Notes: generated by a model from the letters alone, not told the origin. A stretch of DNA of 64,000 bases from Longimicrobiales bacterium (GCA_041690395.1 JAWLHJ010000001.1:954089-1018088), one strand, 5' to 3'; counted from the first letter of the stretch, positions 19,355 through 29,820 are shown. Translations and numbers: made by a program.

Positions 19355-20344
19355 TCAGATCGTGCACCCACCCGTGAAGTTCACCGCCGGGTACGTGGTC
19401 GACGCCTCGCCCTGCCACCCGCCGTGCCGCACCCGGATCGTGAGCTGGTTGTTGGCTCCTGCGCGACGCGGCGAGCAGTAGGCCAGCACGTAGTAGCTGT
19501 TGGCCAGGGCCTCGATGCGGCCTCCGATGCCGGAGAACTGCGACAGCAGGGCGTCGCTGTTGTCCGCGAACGCGGAGCCCGAGCGCCCGATCCTGGAGAG
19601 GAACGTTTCATCGATCTCACCCCGGAGCCCGATGGAGAACGTCGCGATCGTGCTCGAGTCGACCGCGGCCAGCGCGGCCGACGCGGGGACCCGGTTCGCC
19701 TGGTCCGTACCGTCGGTGAAGACCACCAGAGCACCGGCCTGGCTGACGCCGGTCGCCGCACCCTGTCGCATCCGGTCTTCGACCGCTTCGACACCCAGCC
19801 GAATCGCGCCGTTCAGGTTCGTCGAGTTGTCCCGGGTCACTTCCTCCGTCAGAGTGGCGATCGAGTCCTTGATCGCCGCCGCGTCGTCGCTGAAATCCGT
19901 CAGCCGGACGATGTCGCTGCCGCCGTCGAACCACCACACGCCGACCGCGACGCCATCCGCTTCGAGCGACTTGTCGACGAAGGCGTCGGCCGCTGCCTTG
20001 AGCGATTCCAGTGCGTCCGACTGCGTGATGCTGCCGCTCATGTCGAGCAGGAGACCCACGCTCGTCTGGAACAAGCCCGGCTTCGGCTGGAAGGCCTTGG
20101 ACGATTCGAAGTCGGAGTCCGATACCCCGTTGTCCAGGAGTTCGAAGGCGTCCACCGGAATGTTCGGGACAGGCTCGCCATCGTCGGTCGAGACCCGGAA
20201 CGTCACGAGGACCTTGGCCGGCGTCTCGGTCGCCGTCTCCAGGATGTCGATCTCGAGGCCGGAGGCACCGGGGCCGAGCGAGTCTCTGCAACCGGCCAGA
20301 GCGATTATTGCCATCACGATCGTGCCCACGCGTCCGATGCTCAC
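19355..20344 (-). CDS. VWA-domain lipoprotein
   Basis: LAGC lipobox; DMSGS MIDAS motif, TNL..AI, FTDG; start uncertain (20314-20359). Confidence 0.8.
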   Translation of the reverse strand: MSIGRVGTIVMAIIALAGCRDSLGPGASGLEIDILETATETPAKVLVTFRVSTDDGEPVPNIPVDAFELLDNGVSDSDFESSKAFQPKPGLFQTSVGLLLDMSGSITQSDALESLKAAADAFVDKSLEADGVAVGVWWFDGGSDIVRLTDFSDDAAAIKDSIATLTEEVTRDNSTNLNGAIRLGVEAVEDRMRQGAATGVSQAGALVVFTDGTDQANRVPASAALAAVDSSTIATFSIGLRGEIDETFLSRIGRSGSAFADNSDALLSQFSGIGGRIEALANSYYVLAYCSPRRAGANNQLTIRVRHGGWQGEASTTYPAVNFTGGCTI

Positions 20345-20507
20345 GGTCTGCCGCCTCATCCGAAAAAAAGAATGCCTCGAAGTTCTGCGCTTGCTACCCA
20401 GCCGGTCCGTGCAAGGATCCTGCCGTGCTCGCGGGGTCGGGCATCCTCCCGTACACTTCGGCGAGGCCGGACCGATCGGTCGCCCGACCCCTAACTCCCT
20501 CCGCATC

Positions 20508-21002
20508 ATGGCCATCATCCGCGCCTTCCGTGAGAGCGACTGGCCCGGTGTGTGGAGCATTCTCGAGCCCGTCTTCCGCGCCGGACGCACGTACGCCATC
20601 GATATCGACATCACCGAGAATGCGGCTCGCGACCTGTGGATCACCGCGCCGACGGCGACCTTCGTGAGCGAGGGCGAGCACGGTGAGGTCCTCGGCACCT
20701 ACTACATCAAGCCGAACCATCACGGACCCGGCGACCACGTCTGCAACTGCGGCTACGTCGTGGCGGCGAGCGCTCGCGGCCAGGGGGTGGCGACGGCCAT
20801 GTGCGAGCACTCACAGGCCCGGGCGGTGCAGCTCGGGTTCCGCGCCATGCAGTTCAACCTCGTCGTCTCGACCAACCTGGGAGCTGTGCGTCTCTGGGAG
20901 AAGCTCGGCTTCGACACGGTGGGCAGGCTCCCCGGGGCCTTCCGTCATCCGGATGAGGGTTATGTCGATGCCCTGGTGATGTACAAGCAGCTTCCGGGGT
21001 GA
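20508..21002 (+). CDS. GNAT N-acetyltransferase
   Basis: HVCNCGY, ARGQGVA, MQFNLVVSTN. Confidence 0.85.
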   Translation: MAIIRAFRESDWPGVWSILEPVFRAGRTYAIDIDITENAARDLWITAPTATFVSEGEHGEVLGTYYIKPNHHGPGDHVCNCGYVVAASARGQGVATAMCEHSQARAVQLGFRAMQFNLVVSTNLGAVRLWEKLGFDTVGRLPGAFRHPDEGYVDALVMYKQLPG

Positions 21003-21012
21003 CGTAGCGACG

Positions 21013-21822
21013 TTAGCCGTATTGCTCCTCGAGCCAGGATACCGCGAAGAGGTGCAGGGGCTCCGCGTCGAACAGGTAGGCCCTGGCCTTGCCGACGCTT
21101 CCTGTCGAGACGGCGACCTGCTCCAGGTAGGCCCGCATCAATCGATCGAAGTGGTCCTCCGGTGCCGCGTCCACCACCGGGTCGGCGGTATCGAACTCCT
21201 CGATCTCCACCCACTCTGGTCGCCCATCCCTCAGCAACTTCTCGTGGTAGCGGATTACCCGCTTGTTCGGTAGGCGTGCCACATGCTCCGAGAAGTGAAG
21301 CAACGTCACGTTCTCGAGGGGAGACCCGAGGAGCAGGACGCGGCCTCGGGCTTCTACCAGCTTGGCCAGAGGCGAGCCGGGTCCATAACCGTAGTTCAGC
21401 GGGTGATCGGCGCAGATCCACTCCGCACGAGCGCCCACGGCGGCGACGGATGCTCCCGGGTTGCCGCTCCGGCGAGCCCCCGGCCACGTTCGCAGGAACT
21501 CGGGAAGGATGCCGTACGAACGGTCCGCTCTCGCCTTGGCGGGGTCGAACGCCGGCCATGCGTCCCGCCGGGCAGGGGAGAGGGGCGTCTCACGGTCGGC
21601 TCTCGTGTAGCGCTGTGCCCCGTCTTCCCAGTCGACGTACATCATTACCGTGCCGCTGGACCCCACGGATTCGAGCAGGGATTCGATCATCTCGTTCGGG
21701 CCGCCCAGGATCGGCCCCACCGAGCGCATCGACGAGTGCACCATCACCAGGTCACCCGATCGAAGACCCAGGTGCCCCAGGTCGCGCGTGAGCTCATGGC
21801 GGGTAAGCACCGAGCTTATCAC
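21013..21822 (-). CDS. aac(3): aminoglycoside 3-N-acetyltransferase AAC(3) family
   Basis: VMVHSSMRSVG, GILPEFLR, HPLNYGYGPGSPLAKL, TLLHFSEH, EEFDT. Confidence 0.85.
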   Translation of the reverse strand: MISSVLTRHELTRDLGHLGLRSGDLVMVHSSMRSVGPILGGPNEMIESLLESVGSSGTVMMYVDWEDGAQRYTRADRETPLSPARRDAWPAFDPAKARADRSYGILPEFLRTWPGARRSGNPGASVAAVGARAEWICADHPLNYGYGPGSPLAKLVEARGRVLLLGSPLENVTLLHFSEHVARLPNKRVIRYHEKLLRDGRPEWVEIEEFDTADPVVDAAPEDHFDRLMRAYLEQVAVSTGSVGKARAYLFDAEPLHLFAVSWLEEQYG

Positions 21823-21823
21823 G

Positions 21824-22255
21824 TCATCTGCGAGACGTTCCGAGCCATCTGAGTCTCGGCTCCGTGCTCGCCATCACCGCGACGCCGAAGACCAGGATCG
21901 CGCTCGGGAGATACGGCAGCCCGAGAGATAGCCCGGCGAGAAGACAGAAACCCAGGAGCATGAAGCCGATCGTCCAGGCGGTGACTTTCTGGACAGGAGG
22001 GTGCGTCAGGGCGACGCCCATGGGTACGCCCGACAGCATCGAGACGCCCACGAGCAAACCCGTGACCCACACCCCGTCGGCCGAAGCGAGAGGGGGTGCG
22101 ACGGACCGCGCGTCGCCCGCGATTCCCGCCACCACGGCCGAAACCGTCATCCCGGCTTGGCTGGACGCCTGCAAGACGTGCCAGGTCACCGCGCATGCCC
22201 AGAAGAACGCCAGCCCCCCGAAAATCAAAGAGAGTCGTCTCAACCGAGCCTCCAT
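21824..22255 (-). CDS. hypothetical membrane protein
   Basis: About 4 hydrophobic segments; stop 1 bp before the aac(3) start. Confidence 0.55.
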   Translation of the reverse strand: MEARLRRLSLIFGGLAFFWACAVTWHVLQASSQAGMTVSAVVAGIAGDARSVAPPLASADGVWVTGLLVGVSMLSGVPMGVALTHPPVQKVTAWTIGFMLLGFCLLAGLSLGLPYLPSAILVFGVAVMASTEPRLRWLGTSRR

Positions 22256-22399
22256 CCCGATCCGCGCGCCACTTCGGGCCGCCTACGCCACGGCCCTCAG
22301 CATACGTGCGACAACCGCTTCGGGCCAGCCCGTCGGGGTGGAACGGACCCCACGGAGCTCAGCGGCGTCGAGCATCGAGATGCAGCGACTCACGTCCGA

Positions 22400-22600
22400 T
22401 CAAATATGGTCCCGAATGGCCCTTATCAGGTCGTCCACGCCCATTCTCTCATACCCGGCGATCTCGAGGTCGGCCGCGAGGTCTCGAAGATCATCGACGG
22501 CGGCGCGTGTCTCGCGCCCGTGCTTCGCTCCAGGGCGCGGCTTCATTGGCTGGACTCCGGATTCACCGTCCAACTCCCAGAGCTTCATCTTCCTGCCCAT
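22400..22600 (-). CDS. small protein with Rho-N-terminal-like helix motif
   Basis: DDLRDLAADLEIAGYERMGVDDLIRAI; AAGGA RBS. Confidence 0.5.
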   Translation of the reverse strand: MGRKMKLWELDGESGVQPMKPRPGAKHGRETRAAVDDLRDLAADLEIAGYERMGVDDLIRAIRDHI

Positions 22601-22689
22601 GTCCTTCACTCCATTCGTCAGGCGTCGTCTGCCCCGCCCGCCCCCTCGTGGCGCGGAGCCGACGACAGGAAAACATTCCCTATCGCTCC

Positions 22690-23289
22690 CTAGCTGCGGG
22701 ACCTCTGAGAGGCGTGCACGCCCTCCTCGATTTCCTCGAGCATCTTGGCGATGAACGCGTCCAGGTCCCCCGGGTTTCTGCTCGTTACCAGCCCGTTGTC
22801 GACCACGACTTCCTCGTCTACCCACTCGGCTCCCGCGTTCTCGAGATCGGTGCGCAATGACGGGTATGAAGTGAGTCGCCGTCCCTTTGCGACGTCCGCC
22901 TCGGCGAGGAGCCAGGGGGCGTGGCAGATGGCGGCCACCGGCTTGCTTTCCTCGAAGAAGTTCCGCACGAACGTCACAGCCTCGGGGTCCATGCGCAGTT
23001 TGTCCGGATTCATGACGCCGCCCGGCATCACGAGCGCGTCGAACTCCTCGGACCCATGATCATCCACGGTTCCGTCGACGGTCAGCGTGTCCCCCCAGTC
23101 GTCCTCGTCCCAGCCCCTGATCTCATCCGCCGACTTCGCGATGGAGATGATCGACACCTCCGCTCCCGCATCGCGCAGGGCGGTGAGGGGTCGATACAGC
23201 TCGGACGCCTCGAAGCCGTGCGTGGCGAGCAGCGCGACGCGCGATCCGGCCAGACGCCCGTCGGTCGGCCTTTCCTGATGTGCGTTCAT
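22690..23289 (-). CDS. pfpI: PfpI/DJ-1 family glutamine amidotransferase-like protein
   Basis: GFEASEL, PGGVMNPDKLR, AICHAPW, VTSRNPGDL. Confidence 0.9.
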   Translation of the reverse strand: MNAHQERPTDGRLAGSRVALLATHGFEASELYRPLTALRDAGAEVSIISIAKSADEIRGWDEDDWGDTLTVDGTVDDHGSEEFDALVMPGGVMNPDKLRMDPEAVTFVRNFFEESKPVAAICHAPWLLAEADVAKGRRLTSYPSLRTDLENAGAEWVDEEVVVDNGLVTSRNPGDLDAFIAKMLEEIEEGVHASQRSRS

Positions 23290-23336
23290 GATTGCTCCTG
23301 CAGTGACAGAGTGTGACAGCCGCCGTTCCGATCAGC

Positions 23337-23825
23337 TCATCTGCCGAGCGACAGCGGATCGGCCTCCTGCGTGAGGCGCCTCGTCCAGGGGACCAGCTCG
23401 AGCCGCTCAAAGGGGATCCGCGCTCCGGAGGCCTCCGAGATGTCGAAGTCGCGGGGAGATTCACGGAGCCGTCGGAGGGCGTCCTCGATCAGCACGATGA
23501 ACTCCGTATGGCGCTCCGCCATGCGGATGTCCCACTCCAACTCGTCGAGCTCTCCTCTGGCCCGATGATCTTCCATGTCCCCGCGCTTGGCCCAGATGGC
23601 TCGCACCGCCTTCTCGCGCTCGTCCAGAAGCCGTTGCCGGAGCCGCTGGATCTGCGTGTCCGTGAGCCCGCGTCGGGCGTCGGAACCGGCCTGCTGGGGA
23701 GGTGTCGCCTGCAGGGCGCCGCTCCGCGGGGTCTTCTCCGAGCTCTCATTGCGCTGCGCGCGCTTCCTGACGCGTCGCTGGCCTGTCGTTTCCGCCGCGT
23801 TGGTGGAGGTCGTATCGGCTCTCAT
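23337..23825 (-). CDS. DksA/TraR family protein lacking zinc-finger cysteines
   Basis: IEDALRRL...ISEASGARIPFERLELVPWTR. Confidence 0.7.
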   Translation of the reverse strand: MRADTTSTNAAETTGQRRVRKRAQRNESSEKTPRSGALQATPPQQAGSDARRGLTDTQIQRLRQRLLDEREKAVRAIWAKRGDMEDHRARGELDELEWDIRMAERHTEFIVLIEDALRRLRESPRDFDISEASGARIPFERLELVPWTRRLTQEADPLSLGR

Positions 23826-24096
23826 GCAGCCTCCCTATTCGTGTGGTCTGCGATGCTCGCTCCTCCGCCAGGAGCAAGAGGTGTTCCATCGTGGGAACCC
23901 CTTTCAGCACCGGTCACCGAGAGGCCGTTGGATGCTTTCCGCTCCACCGTTTGCGCCCTGCGTGCGCAGGAGCTCCGGGGCTCTTCGAGGGCGCCCGCGG
24001 ACTCGACGAGCCTTGTCTCCGCTGCGCGACACGTGTCCAGCCGGGCTGTTCGTCCGGCTCGACGGTCCAGGCGGGCACCATGTCCCCGGGCGAATG

Positions 24097-24483
24097 TCAA
24101 TCCTGGGATGCCCCCACGTTCGTCTCGCGCGCGCAGGAGGCGCACAGGCGCGTCCACGGGACCAACTCGAGCCGCTCCTCCTCGATATGAGTGCCACAGC
24201 GCTCGCACGTCGTGTACGCCTCGGGATCCTCACGGAGCCGTCGCAGTGCGTCGTCGATGACCGTCAGCTGACGGCTCTCACGGTTGGCGTTGGCGAGATC
24301 CTTCTCCGCCTCCTGGGTGTCGGATGCGGCGTCCGCGAGGTGCGTGGGCATCCGTGAGAGCTCCCCCGCGGATTCCCTCTGGCCCTCGGACTCCTCCTCG
24401 ATGGCCTGCTGGAGGCTCTCCAAAGTCCGGTCCCTCTCCTCGAGCAGGCGGCGTTCTATTTGATCGAGATCCGTTCGGCTCAT
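24097..24483 (-). CDS. DksA/TraR C4 zinc-finger protein
   Basis: HLADAASD, CERC...ERLELVPWTRLCASC; AGGAGG RBS. Confidence 0.85.
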   Translation of the reverse strand: MSRTDLDQIERRLLEERDRTLESLQQAIEEESEGQRESAGELSRMPTHLADAASDTQEAEKDLANANRESRQLTVIDDALRRLREDPEAYTTCERCGTHIEEERLELVPWTRLCASCARETNVGASQD

Positions 24484-24552
24484 CGCCCCTCCTGGTGTGC
24501 TGGTCGCTTTCCCTGCTCAGAAGAGCAAGCGGCGAGCCAGGGCGGGGACCGA

Positions 24553-25779
24553 TCAGCCCACCACCGAGCGCAGCAGGCCTCTCCAGGAGAATATCCGCGC
24601 GGGATCCACGGTCTCCGCCACCATTCCCGCCGCTGCCGACTGAAGGAAGCGACCCTTCCGGATGCGCCAGGAGACCAGGTCGTTCAGCCAGGGCCGGGAC
24701 AGCCACCGCTGCGCGGCTGCGTATCCTTCGTAACGTGGGCGAAGCGATGCCTCGACGTCCGAACCGTAAGCGGCGAGCGCGTCCGGATGTCCGTGGGCGG
24801 CGGCGGCGATCGCGGCAGCGGCCATCTCGCAGGTCTCCATCGCTTTCCCGATGCCCTCGCCAGTGAACGGATACGTGGTCGAGATCTGCTCTCCCACCGC
24901 CACGATGTTGCCCCCATCCGCGCGGGCGCCACGGAGTCCGCATCTCAGGCGAGCACCCCTCAATGGTCCAACGCTCTCGGCCTCGCTCATGAGGCGCTGG
25001 ACCGCCGGGACCTCGCGGCAGAACGTGTCGAACAGCGACCGGAGGTCGTACCGGGCCGGCTCGTCCGGATCGTGCAGGACGCCGACCCCGACGTTGTAGT
25101 CCATGCCGGGCAGAGGGAACGCCCAGGCATAGCCCGGCACGATCGCCCGGTCGAAGGAGATGAACAGCTCGTCCAGCCGGACGGGTGACCGGACGTAGGC
25201 GCGCACGGCCATTGCCGTGGGGGCGGGCTGCTGGAGCATCCCCAACTCATCGAGCAGGGACACGTCGGACCCGGTGGCGAGGACCGCGAAGCGGGCATGG
25301 AAGGGGGCTTCGATACCCGTTACATGGACGGTGACGCCTTCGTCGGAGCTGCGCACTCGTTGGACGCGCCCTCGGGCCACGACCGCACCGCGTCGGGAGG
25401 CCGCTTCCGCGAGCATCTCGTCGAAGCGCTCGCGCCGGAGGAGTAGGAACTCACCCGGGATCGACCATTCGATCCGCGAGGGACTCGAGACGCGCGCACG
25501 ATCGACTGGACTTGCCTCGGCCTCCACCAGGTCGTAGAGGCGCCCCCTGCGAAGCGCGGCCAGCGTGTCCGGGATCAGGAGATCACCGCACGCCTTGTCA
25601 CGGGGATACTCCGCCCGCTCGAGCATCAGCACGCGGTGCCCGGCATCGGCCAGGTGAAGCGCCACCGTCGAGCCCGCGGGCCCTCCTCCAACGACAATGG
25701 CCGTCCACCCCTCCTTCGGCACCTCGACGGCGGGTCGCTGCCATCGGTTGGTCTGCCGGTGTCGGGGGGACGCTTCCAT
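24553..25779 (-). CDS. geranylgeranyl reductase-family FAD oxidoreductase
   Basis: VGGGPAG, PRDKACGD, GYAWAFP, PFTGEGI. Confidence 0.85.
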   Translation of the reverse strand: MEASPRHRQTNRWQRPAVEVPKEGWTAIVVGGGPAGSTVALHLADAGHRVLMLERAEYPRDKACGDLLIPDTLAALRRGRLYDLVEAEASPVDRARVSSPSRIEWSIPGEFLLLRRERFDEMLAEAASRRGAVVARGRVQRVRSSDEGVTVHVTGIEAPFHARFAVLATGSDVSLLDELGMLQQPAPTAMAVRAYVRSPVRLDELFISFDRAIVPGYAWAFPLPGMDYNVGVGVLHDPDEPARYDLRSLFDTFCREVPAVQRLMSEAESVGPLRGARLRCGLRGARADGGNIVAVGEQISTTYPFTGEGIGKAMETCEMAAAAIAAAAHGHPDALAAYGSDVEASLRPRYEGYAAAQRWLSRPWLNDLVSWRIRKGRFLQSAAAGMVAETVDPARIFSWRGLLRSVVG

Positions 25780-25922
25780 ATGCGGGGCTCCTCACAAGGG
25801 CTGCGGTCGGGAGCCTCCCTTCAGGCAAGAGGTGCGCCAGATCTGCGCCGCGGCCGCCGGGGCTCGAGCCATCAGCTCGTGAAGTGGGAGTTCCACGCAT
25901 CAACCGCATCCGATGAGACTCC

Positions 25923-27371
25923 TCATACCGCGACGAACGTTCCCCGCAGTTCTGCGTGGAGCGGGCGGTGTCCGGCGAGATATCCCCTGAGCGCGTCCAT
26001 GCCTCGCTCAGCGTGCTGCTGGCGATTGCGACCGTACTTCTGCGCGACACCTTGTTCGGTGACGAAGGCCGTGGGGTAGTAGCGCCCGGGCCGTAGCGGA
26101 TCGTCGCCTACGAACACCTGCTGCACGCGCTGTCCGGCTGGGTTCTCGATCTTGATCAGGGCCGTGAAGCCGAGACCGCGTTTGACGTAACCACCCATCT
26201 GGTCGTACGGATCGCATGCGAACGTTCGCTCCAGATTCTCCTCCAGCATCTCGACGATTTCCTCGCCCGACAACTCGGTTGTCGAGATCGGTGGGTTCAT
26301 CGGGATCATGTTGTAGAGGTCATTGATCGTCACCTCGCCGGGAATGATCGGCGCGCCGAAGCGCCAACCATTCGAGAACGCCAGCTGCGCGCCCGTGCTT
26401 TCCAGCAATGCCTGCAATAGGAAGTTGTCCATCGTCGTTTCCAGCATGGTCGCTCGGTTGAGCGCGGTCGCCGTTGCACCTACGACCGTGGATAGCTCGT
26501 CCTGATAAGGCGCGAGCGCTTCGCGGACGAGGGCAGCTACCGCGGGATCCGGATCCGTACTGGCCTCCACCTCGATCAGTCGATGCCGGTAGTCGACGAC
26601 ACGTCCTCCCTCGACTTCCAGATCCAGGCGGCCCAGGAAAGAACCATGGCAGCCGGACTGTATCAGCAACGTTCTCCCCTGGATGACCGGCTCATACAGG
26701 CGGTTGTGGGTATGGCCGCTCAGGCAGATATCGACACCCTGCACCTCGGACAACAGCTTCATGTCCTGGGGAAACCCGAGGTGGGAGATGAGGACAACCA
26801 GGTCGACCTTCTCTCGGGTGCGTAGGACCTCGATGATGGAAGGGAGCTCTTCCCGACCCAAGGTGAAGTGGATCCCCGTGCTGAAGGAAGGTGGCATGGC
26901 CTTGTCTACGATATTGGAGGCGATGCCCACGAGACCGATCCGCAGCCCGCCGACTTCCTTCACGCTGTATGGAGGAAAGAGCCGCTCTTCGGTTGCCTGA
27001 TCGTAAACATTGACGGCCAGCATCGGATAGCTGAGCTCCGCTGCCCGTTGCTCGAGGATCTCCGGACCGTAAGCGAATTCCCAGTGGCCCGTCATGGCAT
27101 CGATCCCCAATGAGTTCAAGACGGGGATCAACGCCTCTCCCTTCGTCTCCTGCGCGGGATGCGTACCGTGGAGGGTATCGCCACAGTCTAAGAAGAGCGT
27201 CCGTCCTGGGTTCGCGGCGCGAATCTGCTTTGCGATCGTGGCAATGCGGGCATACCCTCCGGCGGGACGGTAGACCGCCTGACCGCCCTGCCAGAACAAC
27301 TCCTGGTGCAGATCGAAATAGGCATGGCTATCGTTGATCTGGATGACCGTCAGCGAAGTGTTCGGCGCCAT
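25923..27371 (-). CDS. bifunctional metallophosphatase/5'-nucleotidase (SoxB-like fold)
   Basis: NDSH, DCGD, GHWEF, SHLG, GHTH, NGWRFG. Confidence 0.85.
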   Translation of the reverse strand: MAPNTSLTVIQINDSHAYFDLHQELFWQGGQAVYRPAGGYARIATIAKQIRAANPGRTLFLDCGDTLHGTHPAQETKGEALIPVLNSLGIDAMTGHWEFAYGPEILEQRAAELSYPMLAVNVYDQATEERLFPPYSVKEVGGLRIGLVGIASNIVDKAMPPSFSTGIHFTLGREELPSIIEVLRTREKVDLVVLISHLGFPQDMKLLSEVQGVDICLSGHTHNRLYEPVIQGRTLLIQSGCHGSFLGRLDLEVEGGRVVDYRHRLIEVEASTDPDPAVAALVREALAPYQDELSTVVGATATALNRATMLETTMDNFLLQALLESTGAQLAFSNGWRFGAPIIPGEVTINDLYNMIPMNPPISTTELSGEEIVEMLEENLERTFACDPYDQMGGYVKRGLGFTALIKIENPAGQRVQQVFVGDDPLRPGRYYPTAFVTEQGVAQKYGRNRQQHAERGMDALRGYLAGHRPLHAELRGTFVAV

Positions 27372-27741
27372 TGTCTATGCCCCCTGTCTAGCCGTCGCCC
27401 CCACTGACCATCAGATACCCCCGTCCGCAGCGCGTGTGGCCCGCCGAACACAGGGCGTAGCCCCCCCTGGGTGAGACCGGCACCGTACGGCGCACCACGG
27501 GCCGATCCGTCGACCCAGTTCGGAACCGCTCGACACCGGTTCCTCGATACCAGCCCGAGCGTGCGCTCCGCGCGCGCTACTCCGTGCCCCGTGCACCTAC
27601 GTATGGACGCGGCAGCCGGAACGCCCCTGCCGCGAGGCCCCGGGCGGCCGGCAAAGGAGACGCCGAGCTCGCCCGTCACGAAGAGGATGATGGCCGTCCG
27701 TGATCGGGAGTCGGCGTCCTCAGGCGCACACCGCCTCCCCT

Positions 27742-28533
27742 TCATGCGTCATGGATACCCGCCCCGGTCCTCAGAAACTCCCCCACGATGCGCACACACA
27801 TCGCCGGCTGGTCCTCATGGGCGGCATGGCCGGCGAAGGGAATGTTGCCGAAAACGGATCCGCTGACGCGGTCTGCCAAGTCTACGGCTTGACGGCGAGT
27901 GAAGAGATGATCGCCATCCCCACGCAAGATGAGGACGTCCCCCTCCATGTGGTCGACTTGACGGCCCGGATAGCCGCTCTCCCCAGAATCGAGCCACATA
28001 CCGACACACGAGGATACCAGGCGGTCAAAGTCGGGTGTGGGATTGAGCCGCTGATAGGCTTCATAGCTGTCCGGGAACTTCTCGCGCCAGCTCTTGCCTG
28101 TGACTCTGGCATAGATGCCTCGCACCGGATCGTCGTCTTCGAGCTCGCACGGCGCGCCAACAGTGACCAGCCTCGTGATCGTGATGGCCCGTGAGGCCAT
28201 GAGCCGGTACGCCACGATCCCACCGTCGCTGAAGCCCAGAACAGCGGTACGGCGAATGTTGAGGTGCTGGAGAACGCGAAGAGCGTCTGCTTCGAGGCGT
28301 TGGTACGTCAAGCCCTCTCTACCAAGCGTCGAACGACCGTGACCTCTGCTGTCGATCAAGATCAACCGGAAATGCGCCGCCAGGGTGGGTTCGAAGACGC
28401 GCAGGTCCTCCATGCTTCCCAAGCCACCGTGGAGCATGAGGAGGGCCGGAAATTCTTCGGGGCCAGACACCTCGTAGTACAGGTCCGCTCCGTCAACGTC
28501 GAGGATATGGCCGACTCGATGATCGAGCTTCAT
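27742..28533 (-). CDS. alpha/beta hydrolase
   Basis: HGGLG, DSRGHGRS, GFSDGG nucleophile elbow, catalytic His in AGHAAH. Confidence 0.9.
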   Translation of the reverse strand: MKLDHRVGHILDVDGADLYYEVSGPEEFPALLMLHGGLGSMEDLRVFEPTLAAHFRLILIDSRGHGRSTLGREGLTYQRLEADALRVLQHLNIRRTAVLGFSDGGIVAYRLMASRAITITRLVTVGAPCELEDDDPVRGIYARVTGKSWREKFPDSYEAYQRLNPTPDFDRLVSSCVGMWLDSGESGYPGRQVDHMEGDVLILRGDGDHLFTRRQAVDLADRVSGSVFGNIPFAGHAAHEDQPAMCVRIVGEFLRTGAGIHDA

Positions 28534-28757
28534 GTCGGGATCCGCTCAAGGCCAAATGAGAGGGAAGGGGACATAGGATCCGCCTTCCGAATGCACGCCT
28601 GTTCAGCAGTGCGCGAACTGCCCCTCGACTGCGCCACCCCGGCCTGGCGGCCCACTCCCGGGCCCAGGACGGTGCCGTTCAGATAGTCCCCAGGGGAACA
28701 GCAGGAGGCCGAGCAAGTCCAGCCTCCTGATGCCATCCGCCACGGACCATACCTCCG

Positions 28758-28793
28758 CTTCGAGAATCCGCTGCACTCCGTTCCCGGGCCACA
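28758..28793 (-). repeat. degenerate attC-like remnant (central arm, family A)
   Basis: CTTCGAGAATCCGCTGCACTCCGTTCCCGGGCCACA matches the family-A core; both arms lost. Confidence 0.6.
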
Positions 28794-28814
28794 ATACCCT
28801 CCCTGGCAACTGTT

Positions 28815-29609
28815 TCAATGGGATGCCATATCGGAAGGGTAGGTAGGACGACCCACCAAGAGGGTGATCGGGATCGGGGCCTTGGGTAGAGATATCTCCT
28901 GCACGCTCCAATCGTATCCTGGCTCCTGGACCTCGGAGATCAGGGCCTTGAGCTCCTCTGCCTGGTACGTCTTCAGTGTTGACGCCAATCCATCCCACCA
29001 GATGAGGAGCGGTAGAACCGGCGGGAGATAAGTCAGCACCAGCGGCGCCGCGCGCCGAGGCCTTACTCGGGGCATCAGGAGAAGTACGAGCACCGGTATC
29101 AGGAAGGTCACCAGGATGCCTCGAGGCGACCTATGTGTGGCCTCTGCAGCCAGGAAGGGGACACGGGCCTCCTGGGCATTCCGCAGGGTCGCACCTAGTT
29201 CCCGCCTGTCGAAATGGTGAAGGCCCGTAAACATGGTCCGGACGCCGGACAGGGACGAGGGAACCGCTAGAGCGGAGACGGGCTCCCGGTGATATGTCAC
29301 CCCCGTCACACCCTCCAACTGCTCGGCAGCTCGAAGGTTGGGCTTGAGATCCGTGAGCGTCACCTGCGCTTCCACGCCCTCCTTGCGAAGCGCGTCCAGG
29401 AGGCCCGGCCACGGCCCGCCGCCCCCGGAAGCGAGATCGATGACACTCGATGCCTTGCTCTCTCGAAGGAGGGCGCCGAGCTGCCCCGCCACCACGGCAT
29501 AGGGCCGGCTCATCTCGATCACAGCTTGGAGGTATCCCGTCATGGCATCCCGCACCCAAGTCGGACAAGCTCGCCAGTCCTCGATCTCAGGCAGATCAAC
29601 CCGTCTCAT
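28815..29609 (-). CDS. class I SAM-dependent methyltransferase (old cassette)
   Basis: IDLASGGGGP, LTDL, TGLHHF, WWDGLAS.L..Y. Confidence 0.75.
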   Translation of the reverse strand: MRRVDLPEIEDWRACPTWVRDAMTGYLQAVIEMSRPYAVVAGQLGALLRESKASSVIDLASGGGGPWPGLLDALRKEGVEAQVTLTDLKPNLRAAEQLEGVTGVTYHREPVSALAVPSSLSGVRTMFTGLHHFDRRELGATLRNAQEARVPFLAAEATHRSPRGILVTFLIPVLVLLLMPRVRPRRAAPLVLTYLPPVLPLLIWWDGLASTLKTYQAEELKALISEVQEPGYDWSVQEISLPKAPIPITLLVGRPTYPSDMASH

Positions 29610-29660
29610 GCTGCACCTATTCCAAGTCAGACCCCTCGATCACGATCGATGAGCGGTTTC

Positions 29661-29817
29661 GCTTAACGTTCTTGTGTTGCCGACGTGGCCCGTCACGAAT
29701 CGTGTTCGGGCTGTCACTTCGAGAATACGCTGCACTTCGTTTCCGGGCCACATTCGGGCGAGGCCATGTAGGTCGGAGCGAACGAAGTGAGCGGAGCCGG
29801 AAACATTCTTGTTATCT
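29661..29817 (-). repeat. attC-like site (family A)
   Basis: GCTTAAC...GTTATCT, complete. Confidence 0.85.
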
Positions 29818-29820
29818 GAC

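Noticed and set aside
5389..20698. Very long ORF-track N-terminal extensions and antisense ORFs (e.g. 5389-7803, 6561-8573, 14224-17127, 16833-18587, 19500-21002)
   Set aside because: GC-rich shadow frames overlapping well-supported genes; starts were trimmed to motif- or RBS-supported codons
23822..24208. Third DksA-like gene
   Set aside because: No family motif; it overlaps the real DksA gene in another frame
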